64,000 nt of DNA from Bacteroidota bacterium (GTDB lineage: Bacteria; Bacteroidota; Ignavibacteria; UBA10030; UBA8401), in assembly GCA_021796215.1 (NCBI GenBank), contig JAJYOK010000011.1:4747-68746 (forward strand). The letters are read 5' to 3'. Below are positions 27,065-37,164 of the stretch, in pieces (position 1 is the stretch's first letter; each line of letters begins with the position of its first letter). The notes under the pieces are model-generated. The model saw only the letters and a list, made by a program, of their open reading frames with translations. It was not told where the DNA came from and searched no databases. The position numbers and the translations under genes were made by a program.

Positions 27065-27201
27065 TACAGGCTCCTAATATTGTGATAGCAGCGTGCGGGC
27101 TACTCAATTTCTAAAAACGATCATAGGAGATAATGGCAGAAGTTAGAAAAATCATCCTCAACTGTCAAATTATTCAAATCCGGCTTTGAGAAACAGAATC
27201 A

Positions 27202-28377
27202 TTATTCCAACAGCCGCTCTTGCGTTCCCTCGCCGCCCGGCAATGCACTTGCTGAAGATTGCCGAAGCTTCTCTCCAAACGTATCAAGCCGGCGCGAAGC
27301 ATCGTCAAATTTGTTTTTCGCGTTCGTTAAATGCTTGCCGGCGGTTTCAAAATCATCTGCAAAGCGCTGAAGGTCTCCTTGCAGGCGCGATAGGTTCTGG
27401 ATAATTTGCTTCGCGCTTTTTTCCACTTCCATTCCTTTGAAACCGAGCGCGATCACGTGCAATTGCGCGTAAAACGTGTTCGGCGAAACAGAAAAGACAT
27501 TGCGCTTGACGCCGTAGTTGTAGATGCTCGTCTCGTCGTCATAATTGTCGTTTTTAATGATCGTTTCATAATAAATATTTTCCGCCGGAATGTACATCAG
27601 CGCAAAATCAAACGTCCCTTCATCTGGCACGATATATTTTTCTGCAATTGCATCAATGTGCTTCTTGACATCGCTGACAAAAAGTTTGTAGAATGATTTT
27701 TTTTCGCTGTCGGTTTGTGCTTCAATCATTTTACGGAAATTTTCGAGCGGAAATTTGGAATCAATGGGAATGTTTCCGTTCGCCGTGCGCACGATGGCAT
27801 CTACAGTGTTCCCGTTTCGAAAACGGAATTGCATCGCATACGATGTCGCCGGCAGCACTTGCTTCAACAAGTCTTCAAGCAGCAACTCGCCCAGCCCGCC
27901 GCGCATCTTCGGAGCTTTCAACAAATTTTCCAGCGATGACATTCCCTCGGCAAGTTCTTTCATCTGCCGTCCCGCTTCCATCACCTCCCCTTGGCTCTGC
28001 TTTAAATCCTGAATCACCTTCGCAGCAGTATCCAGCCGCGTCCCGATGGTGCTTGTTTGTGAAGAAAGCTGCTGGTTCAACTGTTCCGTGGTTTTTTGCA
28101 CAGTTTGTATCACCATCCCGATTTGCTGATTGACATTCTCCGTTGTTGTTCTCATGCTTTGAAAAAGCGCGTCCGATGTATCTTTCAAACTGCGTGCAAC
28201 AGCATCCGTTGTGAATTTGAGGTTTTGTGAAATTTCAGTGCGAACGTTATCAATCTGCTGCTGCATAAGCAGCGCAGTTTGGCTTGACGCGTCGGAACCG
28301 GTACGGCGTTCCCGGAAAAGCATGACAGCAATGAGGACAATAAGAATAACAAAAAGAAGAATCGAAAGTGTTTCCAT
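27202..28377 (-). CDS. rmuC: DNA recombination protein RmuC
   Basis: N-terminal TM plus long coiled coil. C-terminal RmuC nuclease-like region (GGLGELLLEDLL..., FALMYIPAENIYYE). Start at METLSILLF (ATG 28375-28377), 3 nt after the upstream stop. Confidence 0.88.
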   Translation of the reverse strand: METLSILLFVILIVLIAVMLFRERRTGSDASSQTALLMQQQIDNVRTEISQNLKFTTDAVARSLKDTSDALFQSMRTTTENVNQQIGMVIQTVQKTTEQLNQQLSSQTSTIGTRLDTAAKVIQDLKQSQGEVMEAGRQMKELAEGMSSLENLLKAPKMRGGLGELLLEDLLKQVLPATSYAMQFRFRNGNTVDAIVRTANGNIPIDSKFPLENFRKMIEAQTDSEKKSFYKLFVSDVKKHIDAIAEKYIVPDEGTFDFALMYIPAENIYYETIIKNDNYDDETSIYNYGVKRNVFSVSPNTFYAQLHVIALGFKGMEVEKSAKQIIQNLSRLQGDLQRFADDFETAGKHLTNAKNKFDDASRRLDTFGEKLRQSSASALPGGEGTQERLLE

Positions 28378-28379
28378 AC

Positions 28380-29525
28380 TCAATACGGCCTTGTGAAAAA
28401 AACATACGAAACAATACCCAGCAGAACATACTGAAGCACGCGCGCTTGTAACATACTTCTTTTTTTCAAACCACTCCATACGTACGCTGCAATGATCGTT
28501 GCAGCAAGAAGTATCACCGTCATTCCGGCAACTTCGGGCAGCGAACGTGTCGGCCCAATGAGGTACGAAAGACTGTGTCTACCGAAAAACAGTCCGTAAA
28601 TAACGAGCAGATGCCCGGCGTATGTAACGAGCGATTCCATGCCGACAATACTTGCGATAGAACGTCCGGAATGCGCCACCTGTTCCCAATACCACAGCGT
28701 TGCAAGGATGATCATGACAATACCGAAACGAACGAAGAAAAACTCCGGGCTTGCCCGCCAAAAATCGTGTGGTGGATACAGATGCGGCGGGATAATTTCA
28801 ATAATAAGGGAAAGAAAAATTATTGCAATGCCTCCAAGGAATACATATTTGAAAAACACCGGCTCGGACTTCTTCTCTTTCGCCCATGTCAGTATTTGTC
28901 CGGTAATAGCTCCGCCCAGCACAAAGCCCATCCACGGGAACAACGGAAACAATGAACCGTGCAGGGCATTCACATACATTGCAGCCGGCAGCGGGAATAT
29001 TCCATCAACATTCGTCGTCCAAAGAATCGGTGTAAAAAAAACCGTCGCCAGGAACAAAATCATCACGATCCCAAAAAATCTTTTCTGTGTGCGGCCGATA
29101 ATGACGCACGCCAAAAGCACCATAAGCGAAAATGCGATGCAGTGAAGCACATCCACATTCCAGAAAGGAAGCATTTCATCCGGAGTGATATACTTCATCA
29201 GTTTGCTGAAAGAAAAAAAAGGAATGTGCAGCGCGTAACCGACAAGCCAGACTTGAAGAATTCTTCCGGCTTGTTTCCAGAACGTCTTATCGAAGGCAAG
29301 ATAACCGCTCCATTTACGCGGCGCAATAAATGCAAAGGCAAAGCCCGCTACAAATAAAAATGACGGTGCTACAAGGCCGTTAATAAAATTCAGTACTTTA
29401 AACCACGCTGCATCACGAATCGCTGGCAAAAGAAATGCATTCACCACATGTGTTTCTACCATCACCAGCACCGCCCACCCGCGGAGCAAATCAATATACA
29501 CGTAGCGAGGCTTCGGCTCAGCCAT
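28380..29525 (-). CDS. HGSNAT/DUF1624-family transmembrane acyltransferase-like protein (paralog A)
   Basis: 381 aa, about 10 TM. N-terminal YIDLLRG motif of the heparan-alpha-glucosaminide N-acetyltransferase catalytic family. Confidence 0.7.
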   Translation of the reverse strand: MAEPKPRYVYIDLLRGWAVLVMVETHVVNAFLLPAIRDAAWFKVLNFINGLVAPSFLFVAGFAFAFIAPRKWSGYLAFDKTFWKQAGRILQVWLVGYALHIPFFSFSKLMKYITPDEMLPFWNVDVLHCIAFSLMVLLACVIIGRTQKRFFGIVMILFLATVFFTPILWTTNVDGIFPLPAAMYVNALHGSLFPLFPWMGFVLGGAITGQILTWAKEKKSEPVFFKYVFLGGIAIIFLSLIIEIIPPHLYPPHDFWRASPEFFFVRFGIVMIILATLWYWEQVAHSGRSIASIVGMESLVTYAGHLLVIYGLFFGRHSLSYLIGPTRSLPEVAGMTVILLAATIIAAYVWSGLKKRSMLQARVLQYVLLGIVSYVFFTRPY

Positions 29526-29585
29526 AGAGATATTTTTTCACAAGCTTCCGCGCAAGGAATGCTCAGCTTCCGAGGACGCGGAAAG

Positions 29586-30779
29586 TTAATAAGGCCGCAC
29601 AACGAAATACAACAGGAGCACGGTTGTCAACGCAAGCTTGACCACCGCCGATTCGCGCCTGAAATTCTTTTTTGTGTTGTGCCAAATATACGCAACTGCC
29701 GACATCACTACAAGCATCAGCAGAAATACGGCAAACGCCTCAGCTATCGAAAGCTTTCCTCCGAGCGAATATACAAGCCCGTCATTGACAACTGAACCGT
29801 AGATGATCAGCAAGTGCGCCACATAAATCACGAGCGATTCGCTTCCCATAATTATCGGAAGTTTGATTGGAACGTGGATCGTGCCATCGCGGCGCATTAC
29901 CCGCTCGACAAAATACATCCCGCTTGCCATCATTGCGACGACCGCCGTCCGCAAAAGCAGAATGGATGGATTAACTTTCCAGAAGTCGTGAGGACCATAC
30001 AAATGAACAGGGCTGTTTGCAAGCAGCACCATAGCTACGATCATAGCAGATCCCACTACAACAACGCGTTTCATTAGAAGGAGATCTTTGCCGTTTCTCT
30101 GTGCCTGAACGAAAACATACGCGAATATTACTCCACAGAACAAATACGCGGACCATGGGAAAAGCGGAAACCACGAATTGTTGTCGGCATTCAAATATGA
30201 GCTAAACCATAAAGGGAGCGTATGCTCAAAGGGAATACCCCAAACAATCGGAGAAAAAATTATCACAAGCGGCGCAAGGATTGCTGCGATCAGCACTAAC
30301 CGCTTTTCCGTACGCACAATCATGATGAGCATTTGCAAAAAAAGGAGCGTTACTGCAATGCACTGCAAGGCATCAACTTCAAAAAACGCCGCCATATCTC
30401 CCGGTGTACCGTCGTGGAGAATTCTATTCAAGGAAAAAAACGGAAGGTGAAGCGCATAGCCGATCACAAGTAAACTGAAATAACGCGTAACACGTCTGCG
30501 CACTGCGGGAGTGAATGAAAGATGATCCTGCCATTTTTTCAGCGTCGAAACACCGAATGCCATGCCCGACGAAAACAAAAACATCGGCGCAACAAAACCG
30601 TGAAAAAAATCATGGAGATAAAAGTAACGGGAATGCTTTACTGATTCAGACAGCAAGGCATCAAACGTATGTCCCTGCAGCATGAAAACAATTGCACTGA
30701 AGCGCAGAAGATCTATAAAGATGTACCGCTGAGCCTTTGTTGTGAGGCTCACATGAGTGACAGTTTGAAACATCATCAC
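29586..30779 (-). CDS. HGSNAT/DUF1624-family transmembrane acyltransferase-like protein (paralog B)
   Basis: 397 aa. FIDLLR motif. Topology and C-terminus (...FVVRPY vs ...FFTRPY) shared with paralog A. Confidence 0.7.
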   Translation of the reverse strand: MMMFQTVTHVSLTTKAQRYIFIDLLRFSAIVFMLQGHTFDALLSESVKHSRYFYLHDFFHGFVAPMFLFSSGMAFGVSTLKKWQDHLSFTPAVRRRVTRYFSLLVIGYALHLPFFSLNRILHDGTPGDMAAFFEVDALQCIAVTLLFLQMLIMIVRTEKRLVLIAAILAPLVIIFSPIVWGIPFEHTLPLWFSSYLNADNNSWFPLFPWSAYLFCGVIFAYVFVQAQRNGKDLLLMKRVVVVGSAMIVAMVLLANSPVHLYGPHDFWKVNPSILLLRTAVVAMMASGMYFVERVMRRDGTIHVPIKLPIIMGSESLVIYVAHLLIIYGSVVNDGLVYSLGGKLSIAEAFAVFLLMLVVMSAVAYIWHNTKKNFRRESAVVKLALTTVLLLYFVVRPY

Positions 30780-30783
30780 AAAA

Positions 30784-32010
30784 TCAATTTTTATTTTCTT
30801 GAATTTTTAATTTTTTCCCCACCGTTTCAAATGCATCCAGCGCACGATCAATATCCTTTTTTGTCAGTGCGGCGGAAATTTGCGCCCGCAAACGTGCTTC
30901 CCCTTTGGGAACGACAGGAAACCAGAGACCTTTGATGTACACACCTGCTTTTAACAATGCCGCACTCATTTCCTGCGCAAGTGCCGCTTCGCCTAACATA
31001 ATCGGAACAATGGGATGTTCCCCTTCAAGAATCGTAAAGCCGAGCGCTTTTATTTCTTTCCGAAAATATGCAGTGTTCGTGTGAAGCCGCTGAACAATTG
31101 ATTTGTCTTTCGTCAACAAATCGAGCGCCGCAATGCACGCGGTGACAATGGCAGGCGGAAGAGAATTTGAAAATGTGTACGGGCGCGACTTCTGTCGTAG
31201 ATAGGATATCAGTTCTTTCCTCCCGCTCACATAACCGCCGGCAGCTCCGCCGATTGCTTTGCCGAGCGTTCCGGAAATAACATCAACTTTGCCAAGCACG
31301 CCAAAACGCTCCGGGGTTCCACGCCCCCGCTTCCCGACAACACCGATTGCGTGAGAATCGTCCACAAACAAAATCGCGCCGTACCGTTGTGCAACGTCAA
31401 CAAGCCGGTCAAGCGGCGCAAGATCGCCTTCCATGCTGAAGACGCCGTCAGTTGCAATAATCCGCAAGCGGTAGTTTTTGTTTTTGTCTTCTTCAAGCAA
31501 TTGTGCAAGGTGGGCAGCATCGCCATGATTATATATTTTTTTGTCTGTCGTTTCGGGCTTGCACAATCTCATTCCGTCAATAATGCTTGCATGATTTAAT
31601 CGGTCAGTGTAGATGATATCCTTATGATTCTCGACTCCCATTCCTTCGTTCACAAGCGATGCAAAGAATCCTTCGTTCGCTGCAAAGCACGATGAAAAGA
31701 GAATGGTGTCTTCGGTACCGACAAACCGTGAAATCTTTTTTTCTAGTTCAAGATGAATAGTCTGTGTGCCGCAAATGAAACGCACCGACGCAACACCGTA
31801 ACCGTACTTCTTGATTCCTTCAATGGCAGCCTTCCGCACGGCCGGATGATTTGACATGCCAAGATAATTATTCGAGCCGAGCATGACAACCGATTTCCCG
31901 TTTACTTTCACGACGCCGGCTTGGGCAGATTCCAGCGGCGTTTCGAATTTAAATGTCTTCGCCGCCTGAATGCGCGAAAGCTCCGATGTAACAAGCTCAA
32001 GATAATTCAT
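30784..32010 (-). CDS. PLP-dependent alpha-oxoamine synthase family acyltransferase (Kbl / serine palmitoyltransferase / 8-amino-7-oxononanoate synthase-like)
   Basis: [26 protein letters not shown] (PLP lysine) motifs. Start at MNYLEL; the track ORF starts 7 codons upstream at 32031. Confidence 0.85.
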   Translation of the reverse strand: MNYLELVTSELSRIQAAKTFKFETPLESAQAGVVKVNGKSVVMLGSNNYLGMSNHPAVRKAAIEGIKKYGYGVASVRFICGTQTIHLELEKKISRFVGTEDTILFSSCFAANEGFFASLVNEGMGVENHKDIIYTDRLNHASIIDGMRLCKPETTDKKIYNHGDAAHLAQLLEEDKNKNYRLRIIATDGVFSMEGDLAPLDRLVDVAQRYGAILFVDDSHAIGVVGKRGRGTPERFGVLGKVDVISGTLGKAIGGAAGGYVSGRKELISYLRQKSRPYTFSNSLPPAIVTACIAALDLLTKDKSIVQRLHTNTAYFRKEIKALGFTILEGEHPIVPIMLGEAALAQEMSAALLKAGVYIKGLWFPVVPKGEARLRAQISAALTKKDIDRALDAFETVGKKLKIQENKN

Positions 32011-32076
32011 AACATTTTCCTTTTGCTTCAATGAATTTTCAACGATAAAAATAACGCGGTATCTTCCCCGAAATAC

Positions 32077-33465
32077 TTACGAAGTGAGCGCCGGCGGCGC
32101 CACAGTGCTTTGTGCCGCTTTCTTCAGCCGGATCGAGAACGAGCCATCCATTCCATGTCTGTGAGGAAGAGTTTCGACATAACCGTCGGGAGAGACCAAT
32201 GACGACGAAACATATTGTTCGGCGCGGTCAATTACAAATTCCGAATTGCGTTCAAGAAACGTCCGAATAACTCCGAAATTTTCTTCCGGTTCCATTGTGC
32301 ATGTGCTGTACACTAATGCACCGCCGGCGCGCACCAATCGCGCGGCGTTATCTAGAAGTTTTAATTGAAGAGCAGCCAGTTCATCAATATCTTTTTGCTC
32401 CCGTTTCAATTTAATGTCCGGCTTTTTCGAGATAACACCGAGACCGCTGCATGGTGTATCGAGAAGAACTTTATCGGCGGGTTCAGTAGAAAATTCTGTA
32501 CCGTCTGCCGCATGGAATTCCGCATTCTGCACTCCCAATCGCTGGCATGATGTCTTCACAAGCTCAAGCCGCGTCGAATACTTATCCACGGCAACAATCT
32601 TGCCGGTATTCTTTAATTGCTCGCCGATGAATGTTGTTTTCCCGCCCGGCGCCGCACATAAATCAATCACTCTTTCACCATGCTGTACATGAAGAAGCTG
32701 GCATGCAATGCCGGCGCTTTCATCTTGCACGGAAAAATATCCCTGCTTGAAAAGCTCGGACTGGGTAAGATTGGAGAGGCTTGCAAGCTTGACAAAACGT
32801 TCAAGATAGCGGGACTTATTGAACGTGACATTCTGCTGGGCAAGCATCGCTGCAAAATTATCAACACCGGTTTTCAGCGTGTTGATGCGTATCGTTAAAG
32901 GCGGCTTTTCGTTATGCGCCTGCAAAAGTTTTTCAGTCTCGAAATAGCCAAAACGGTTGAACCACCGCCGCACCATCCACAACGGATGCGAATACATCAC
33001 CGCCAGATATTGCGCGGCGTCAATCGTGACATCGGGATAATGAATACCATCGAGGTTTCGGATAATGTTGCGCAGGACAGCATTGACGAGGTTTGCCGCT
33101 TTTTCACCGCGAATGCGTTTGACAAATTCCACTCCTTCATTCACTGCGGCGTGATGCGGAACTTTGTCGAGATACATAATTTGATACAATGCCGCACGAA
33201 GTGCATTCTTTACGGTCACCTCTGCTTTGGAAAAGTTGCCGTGGAAAAAACCATTCAGTACCCAATCAAGTTTCATCTGCCAGCGAAGAACGCCGTGAAC
33301 AATCTCCGTCAGCAGCGCTTTATCAAGATCGTTGATCTCGTTCGACCGAAACTCGGCATCAATAAGCTTATCAAGATACGAATCCGTGCGCTCGACGCGG
33401 TTGAGAATTTTCACCGCACTGCCGCGCACTCCATGAAAAAGTAATTTCTGTTCTTCTGCTTCCAT
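32077..33465 (-). CDS. rsmB: 16S rRNA (cytosine967-C5)-methyltransferase RsmB/Sun
   Basis: NusB-like N-domain. CAAPGGKTT SAM motif. DTPCSGLGV catalytic region. Confidence 0.88.
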   Translation of the reverse strand: MEAEEQKLLFHGVRGSAVKILNRVERTDSYLDKLIDAEFRSNEINDLDKALLTEIVHGVLRWQMKLDWVLNGFFHGNFSKAEVTVKNALRAALYQIMYLDKVPHHAAVNEGVEFVKRIRGEKAANLVNAVLRNIIRNLDGIHYPDVTIDAAQYLAVMYSHPLWMVRRWFNRFGYFETEKLLQAHNEKPPLTIRINTLKTGVDNFAAMLAQQNVTFNKSRYLERFVKLASLSNLTQSELFKQGYFSVQDESAGIACQLLHVQHGERVIDLCAAPGGKTTFIGEQLKNTGKIVAVDKYSTRLELVKTSCQRLGVQNAEFHAADGTEFSTEPADKVLLDTPCSGLGVISKKPDIKLKREQKDIDELAALQLKLLDNAARLVRAGGALVYSTCTMEPEENFGVIRTFLERNSEFVIDRAEQYVSSSLVSPDGYVETLPHRHGMDGSFSIRLKKAAQSTVAPPALTS

Positions 33466-33493
33466 TCGTATCCTTCACACTGTCAACATAAGC

Positions 33494-34765
33494 TTACGAC
33501 GGCATCCCGCGTTTTTTACGCTCATCTACCGTAAGGTCAAAAATTTTCCGAAAAAGCTTTTCTTCGATGTCTGTCAACGACATTTTCCGGCGCAGCATCA
33601 CACGGCGCGCAACATCAATCGCGCGGTCAACATTATACGTGGTAAATGTTTCTCCCGCTGCTCCCCAGGAAAATGACGGAACATATTTCGGAGGAAAACC
33701 GGATCCAAAAATATTACTTGAAACGCCGACCACTGTGCCGGTGTTGAACATTGAATTAATTGCCGACTTTGAATGATCGCCGATTGTTAATCCGACAAAC
33801 TGTGAGCCGCTGTCCACCAAGTCGCCGTTGATATACACTTTTACCGGCCCGTAGTTGTTCTTCAGATCGCTGTTGTTGGTGTCGGCGCCGAGATTCACCC
33901 ACGTTCCAATGTATGAATGTCCGATAAAACCGTCATGCTGTTTGTTGGAGTAACCGTGAAAAATTGATGCCTCAACTTCGCCGCCAACCTTGCACACAGC
34001 GCCGATGCTTGTGTCTTCATAAATACGCGCACCTACCTTTATCATGGAACCATCGCCAATGTATGCAGGACCGACAATTGTGGCATGCGGCAGAAGCGTA
34101 GCATTTTTTCCAATATACACGGGACCATCTTCCGCATCAATCGTGCATCCGGGCTTGATCACCGCTCCCTCATCCACAAAGATTTCTTTCTTGTTCAATA
34201 GATGCGAGCCCGGGTAAATTTTCCCGCGGATCATTTTTTTCGATTTCCCTTTTGTCAGAATCTTGAAATCGCGGCGCAACTCTTCTCCGTTGTGGCCGAT
34301 CAAATCCCACGGATAATTCACAAGCGTGACATCAGTTTCCTGCCGGTTCAAATCACTGAAATCGGAAAACGAGTACACACCGTTCACATGGTTTTTCAAT
34401 GTCCGCAACGTCGCACCGCTCACTCGCGCCGCGACGATCTGATCTCCTTTCACATAAGCGGTGTCCTGAGGACCATCCAATGGAATTTTCTTTGCAAGCC
34501 CCTCGTCGGCAATAATTCTTCCATTGATGAAGAGACACGATTTTACCGGAATTTCATTCACATGAACGCCCGGATTTTTCAGCCGCATATAATCGGCAAG
34601 ATACGTCCGGCAATGAATTGTTGACGGCGCGCCGGCATAAGCACGGAGAATTTTTTCCTTCAGTGAAATCATGCCGCACTTGAGATTGTACACCGGGCGG
34701 AAATAAACAAGAGGGAAAAGAGACGCGTGATTGATATCTTCAAAGATGCAAATATGCTCTGCCAT
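33494..34765 (-). CDS. conserved FCB-group protein: nucleotidyltransferase-like N-domain plus C-terminal left-handed beta-helix (hexapeptide repeats)
   Basis: Start at MAEHICIFEDI (ATG 34763-34765). C-terminal IGxxxxIGxxxxIG hexapeptide pattern. No recognisable catalytic signature. Confidence 0.5.
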   Translation of the reverse strand: MAEHICIFEDINHASLFPLVYFRPVYNLKCGMISLKEKILRAYAGAPSTIHCRTYLADYMRLKNPGVHVNEIPVKSCLFINGRIIADEGLAKKIPLDGPQDTAYVKGDQIVAARVSGATLRTLKNHVNGVYSFSDFSDLNRQETDVTLVNYPWDLIGHNGEELRRDFKILTKGKSKKMIRGKIYPGSHLLNKKEIFVDEGAVIKPGCTIDAEDGPVYIGKNATLLPHATIVGPAYIGDGSMIKVGARIYEDTSIGAVCKVGGEVEASIFHGYSNKQHDGFIGHSYIGTWVNLGADTNNSDLKNNYGPVKVYINGDLVDSGSQFVGLTIGDHSKSAINSMFNTGTVVGVSSNIFGSGFPPKYVPSFSWGAAGETFTTYNVDRAIDVARRVMLRRKMSLTDIEEKLFRKIFDLTVDERKKRGMPS

Positions 34766-34892
34766 AACATCCTCCAGATTTTGTTGAACATGAGGAAGCT
34801 TCTGATGCACACTGCTGTTCAAATAAAAAACGGAATGCATGAGGCATACATTCCGTTGTAACCATTTCCAGCATAACGGCTCGACAAAAAAA

Positions 34893-35114
34893 TTACGCTG
34901 CTGTTTCTGCCGCTGCTTTCTTTCCGTATTTCTTATTGAAACGCTCTACGCGGCCAGCGGAATCTACCAGCTTTTGTTTTCCGGTATAATACGGATGGCA
35001 GCTGGAACAAATTTCCACGTGAATGTTTCCGACAGTTGAACGCGTTTCAAATGTATTTCCGCAAATACACGTCACAATAGCGCGTGTATAATCCGGGTGA
35101 ATTCCTTTTTTCAT
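34893..35114 (-). CDS. rpmE: 50S ribosomal protein L31 (zinc-binding type)
   Basis: 73 aa. MKKGIHPDY..., CxCG...CSSCHP zinc motif. Confidence 0.92.
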   Translation of the reverse strand: MKKGIHPDYTRAIVTCICGNTFETRSTVGNIHVEICSSCHPYYTGKQKLVDSAGRVERFNKKYGKKAAAETAA

Positions 35115-35212
35115 TCAATCCTCTACTTTCCTAAACTTTGTTGCATTAAATATAAGCAGTTTTTGACCAATTTGCAATACCGCGATATCAGACAAAAAAT
35201 AACGTTTCGCTG

Positions 35213-35935
35213 ATGATTAAACGAAAAAGTATTTCTTTTTTCACAATGAAGTTCGTACACTATGACATGAAATCTTCAAAGCTGTTCGTCGTCGGAATGT
35301 TTGCCGTTGCTATGGCATGGATGGAAGCCGCAACCGTCGTGTACCTTCGCACTTTGGTCAACCGCATCAACCCGTACCAAATACACCCATTGCCTGTTGC
35401 CGCTCTTCCCGCTTGGATCGAGCTTGTGCGTGAAGCCGCGACATTACTTCTGCTTCTCTCTGCGGCGTGGCTGGCGGGTACCGCGTGGCGCAATCGTTCT
35501 GGATATTTTCTTTTCGCTTTTGGAATGTGGGATATTTTTTATTACGTTTTCTTGAAAGCGATCATCGGCTGGCCGGTAACGCTGTTTGATTGGGATGTGC
35601 TTTTCCTGCTGCCTGTTCCATGGTGGGGACCCGTGTTAGCTCCCGTGCTTATTGCTTTAGTGATGATACTTGGTGGAATTCTGCTCAGCAGGAATTCTGC
35701 AAATAGAATAGATCACCACCCGCACAAATTTTCATGGCTCTTGTGCGCCGCCGGTATTTTTGCACTTCTCTATCTCTTCATGCGCGGCAGCCTGATGGTA
35801 CTATCGAAAGGAAAAGAAGCAGTCGAAAATATATTGCCGACAGATTTCAGCTGGATATTTTTTGCCGCTGCGCTTTGTCTTATGGCTTTTCCAATATTCG
35901 ACACCGTTTTTCGTTCAATCAAACGGCGTTCTTAA
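35213..35935 (+). CDS. integral membrane protein, hypothetical (about 6 TM)
   Basis: Hydrophobic helices throughout. Start uncertain (MIKRK at 35213, MKFVHY or MKSSKLFVV downstream). Confidence 0.4.
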   Translation: MIKRKSISFFTMKFVHYDMKSSKLFVVGMFAVAMAWMEAATVVYLRTLVNRINPYQIHPLPVAALPAWIELVREAATLLLLLSAAWLAGTAWRNRSGYFLFAFGMWDIFYYVFLKAIIGWPVTLFDWDVLFLLPVPWWGPVLAPVLIALVMILGGILLSRNSANRIDHHPHKFSWLLCAAGIFALLYLFMRGSLMVLSKGKEAVENILPTDFSWIFFAAALCLMAFPIFDTVFRSIKRRS

Positions 35936-35982
35936 AGAATCATAACACGTTTCGCGGCGCATGGTAAATGCCGGAGTGTAAG

Positions 35983-37131
35983 CTACTTTCCGAACATGAA
36001 CTCCAGCGGCATCCAAATCCGACGCGCCCACGCCATCTCATTGTGTTCGGCACCTTCATCGTAAAACGACTCAAGGTCGCTTCCTTCTTCGTACCCTTTT
36101 TCTTTTAACAATTTCACCATCTCTTCAAAACCGGGCTTAAGGCGCGAGTCGAGTCCGACACTTCCATTGTCGAGATACACGCGGATATTTTTCTTCGGAC
36201 CGGAATATTTTTTCACTTCGTTCAAAATTTTATCATTGTCATACAAAAATGCGCTCGATAAGCACCCTGCTTGATAAAAGACATTCGGATACCACCAGAC
36301 AAAAAGAAACGAAATCAGCCCGCCCATCGAAGAACCCATAACCGCTGTATTTTTTTGATCAGGTAACGTGCGATATGTCGAATCAATGAACGGCTTGAGC
36401 CTGTCCACCACAAAATGTGCATACGCGCGGCCAAGGTGAGAATCGGAATATTCTTCGGCACGATCCGGCGAATTATAAATTCCGACAATAATAATTTCTT
36501 TCATCTTGCCGATTTTAATCAAGCTGTCGCTCACATCATCAACACGCCAATCATATCCCAGAAACGATGTCGCCGGGTCTATGATGTTTTGTCCGTCGTG
36601 CATGTACAATACCGGATAACGCTTCGCTGTCTCTTTCGCATACGAAGGCGGGAGCCATACAATGATATCGCGCGCATAGCGAAGTCCGTCGCCCGTCATG
36701 CCGCGATGGTACTTTACAGTGCCGACGACAGATCCGTAGGCAGTCATTGCATCACCGCCCCATTCAACCGGCCGCATTGTAACAACTGTATCGTTACCAA
36801 CCGTAAAATGAGTGTTACCGGGAATAATTCCTTTTTGATACATTGCCTGACGCTGCCACGAACCGAGCGTGATTTTGAATTCAATAAAAGAGCCGCTCGG
36901 CGCGTCACCCGAAACGCTCCATAACGAATCGTTTTCTTTTCTCATCACCACTTTTCCCGGGTCCCAATTCCCCAGAACCGGAGAATTTCCAGCGATAAAA
37001 ATTTTTGCATCGCTCGGCGTTGCCGCCGGCGCAATCACGTTAATGGTAATGTGACGATCTTGTGAAAAAAGAGATACCGGTAAGAAGAAAAATAGTGCAA
37101 GAATCGTGTTAGAGCGTTGGAGCTTTTTCAT
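35983..37131 (-). CDS. esterase (PF00756-like alpha/beta hydrolase) with N-terminal CBM20-like/Ig-like carbohydrate-binding domain
   Basis: Signal peptide. IFIAGNSPVLGNWDP (CBM20-like motif). GSSMGG nucleophile elbow. PVLYMHDGQN. Confidence 0.72.
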   Translation of the reverse strand: MKKLQRSNTILALFFFLPVSLFSQDRHITINVIAPAATPSDAKIFIAGNSPVLGNWDPGKVVMRKENDSLWSVSGDAPSGSFIEFKITLGSWQRQAMYQKGIIPGNTHFTVGNDTVVTMRPVEWGGDAMTAYGSVVGTVKYHRGMTGDGLRYARDIIVWLPPSYAKETAKRYPVLYMHDGQNIIDPATSFLGYDWRVDDVSDSLIKIGKMKEIIIVGIYNSPDRAEEYSDSHLGRAYAHFVVDRLKPFIDSTYRTLPDQKNTAVMGSSMGGLISFLFVWWYPNVFYQAGCLSSAFLYDNDKILNEVKKYSGPKKNIRVYLDNGSVGLDSRLKPGFEEMVKLLKEKGYEEGSDLESFYDEGAEHNEMAWARRIWMPLEFMFGK

Positions 37132-37164
37132 GATGTTCCCTTATGCAGTTTAGTAGAAGAGAAT

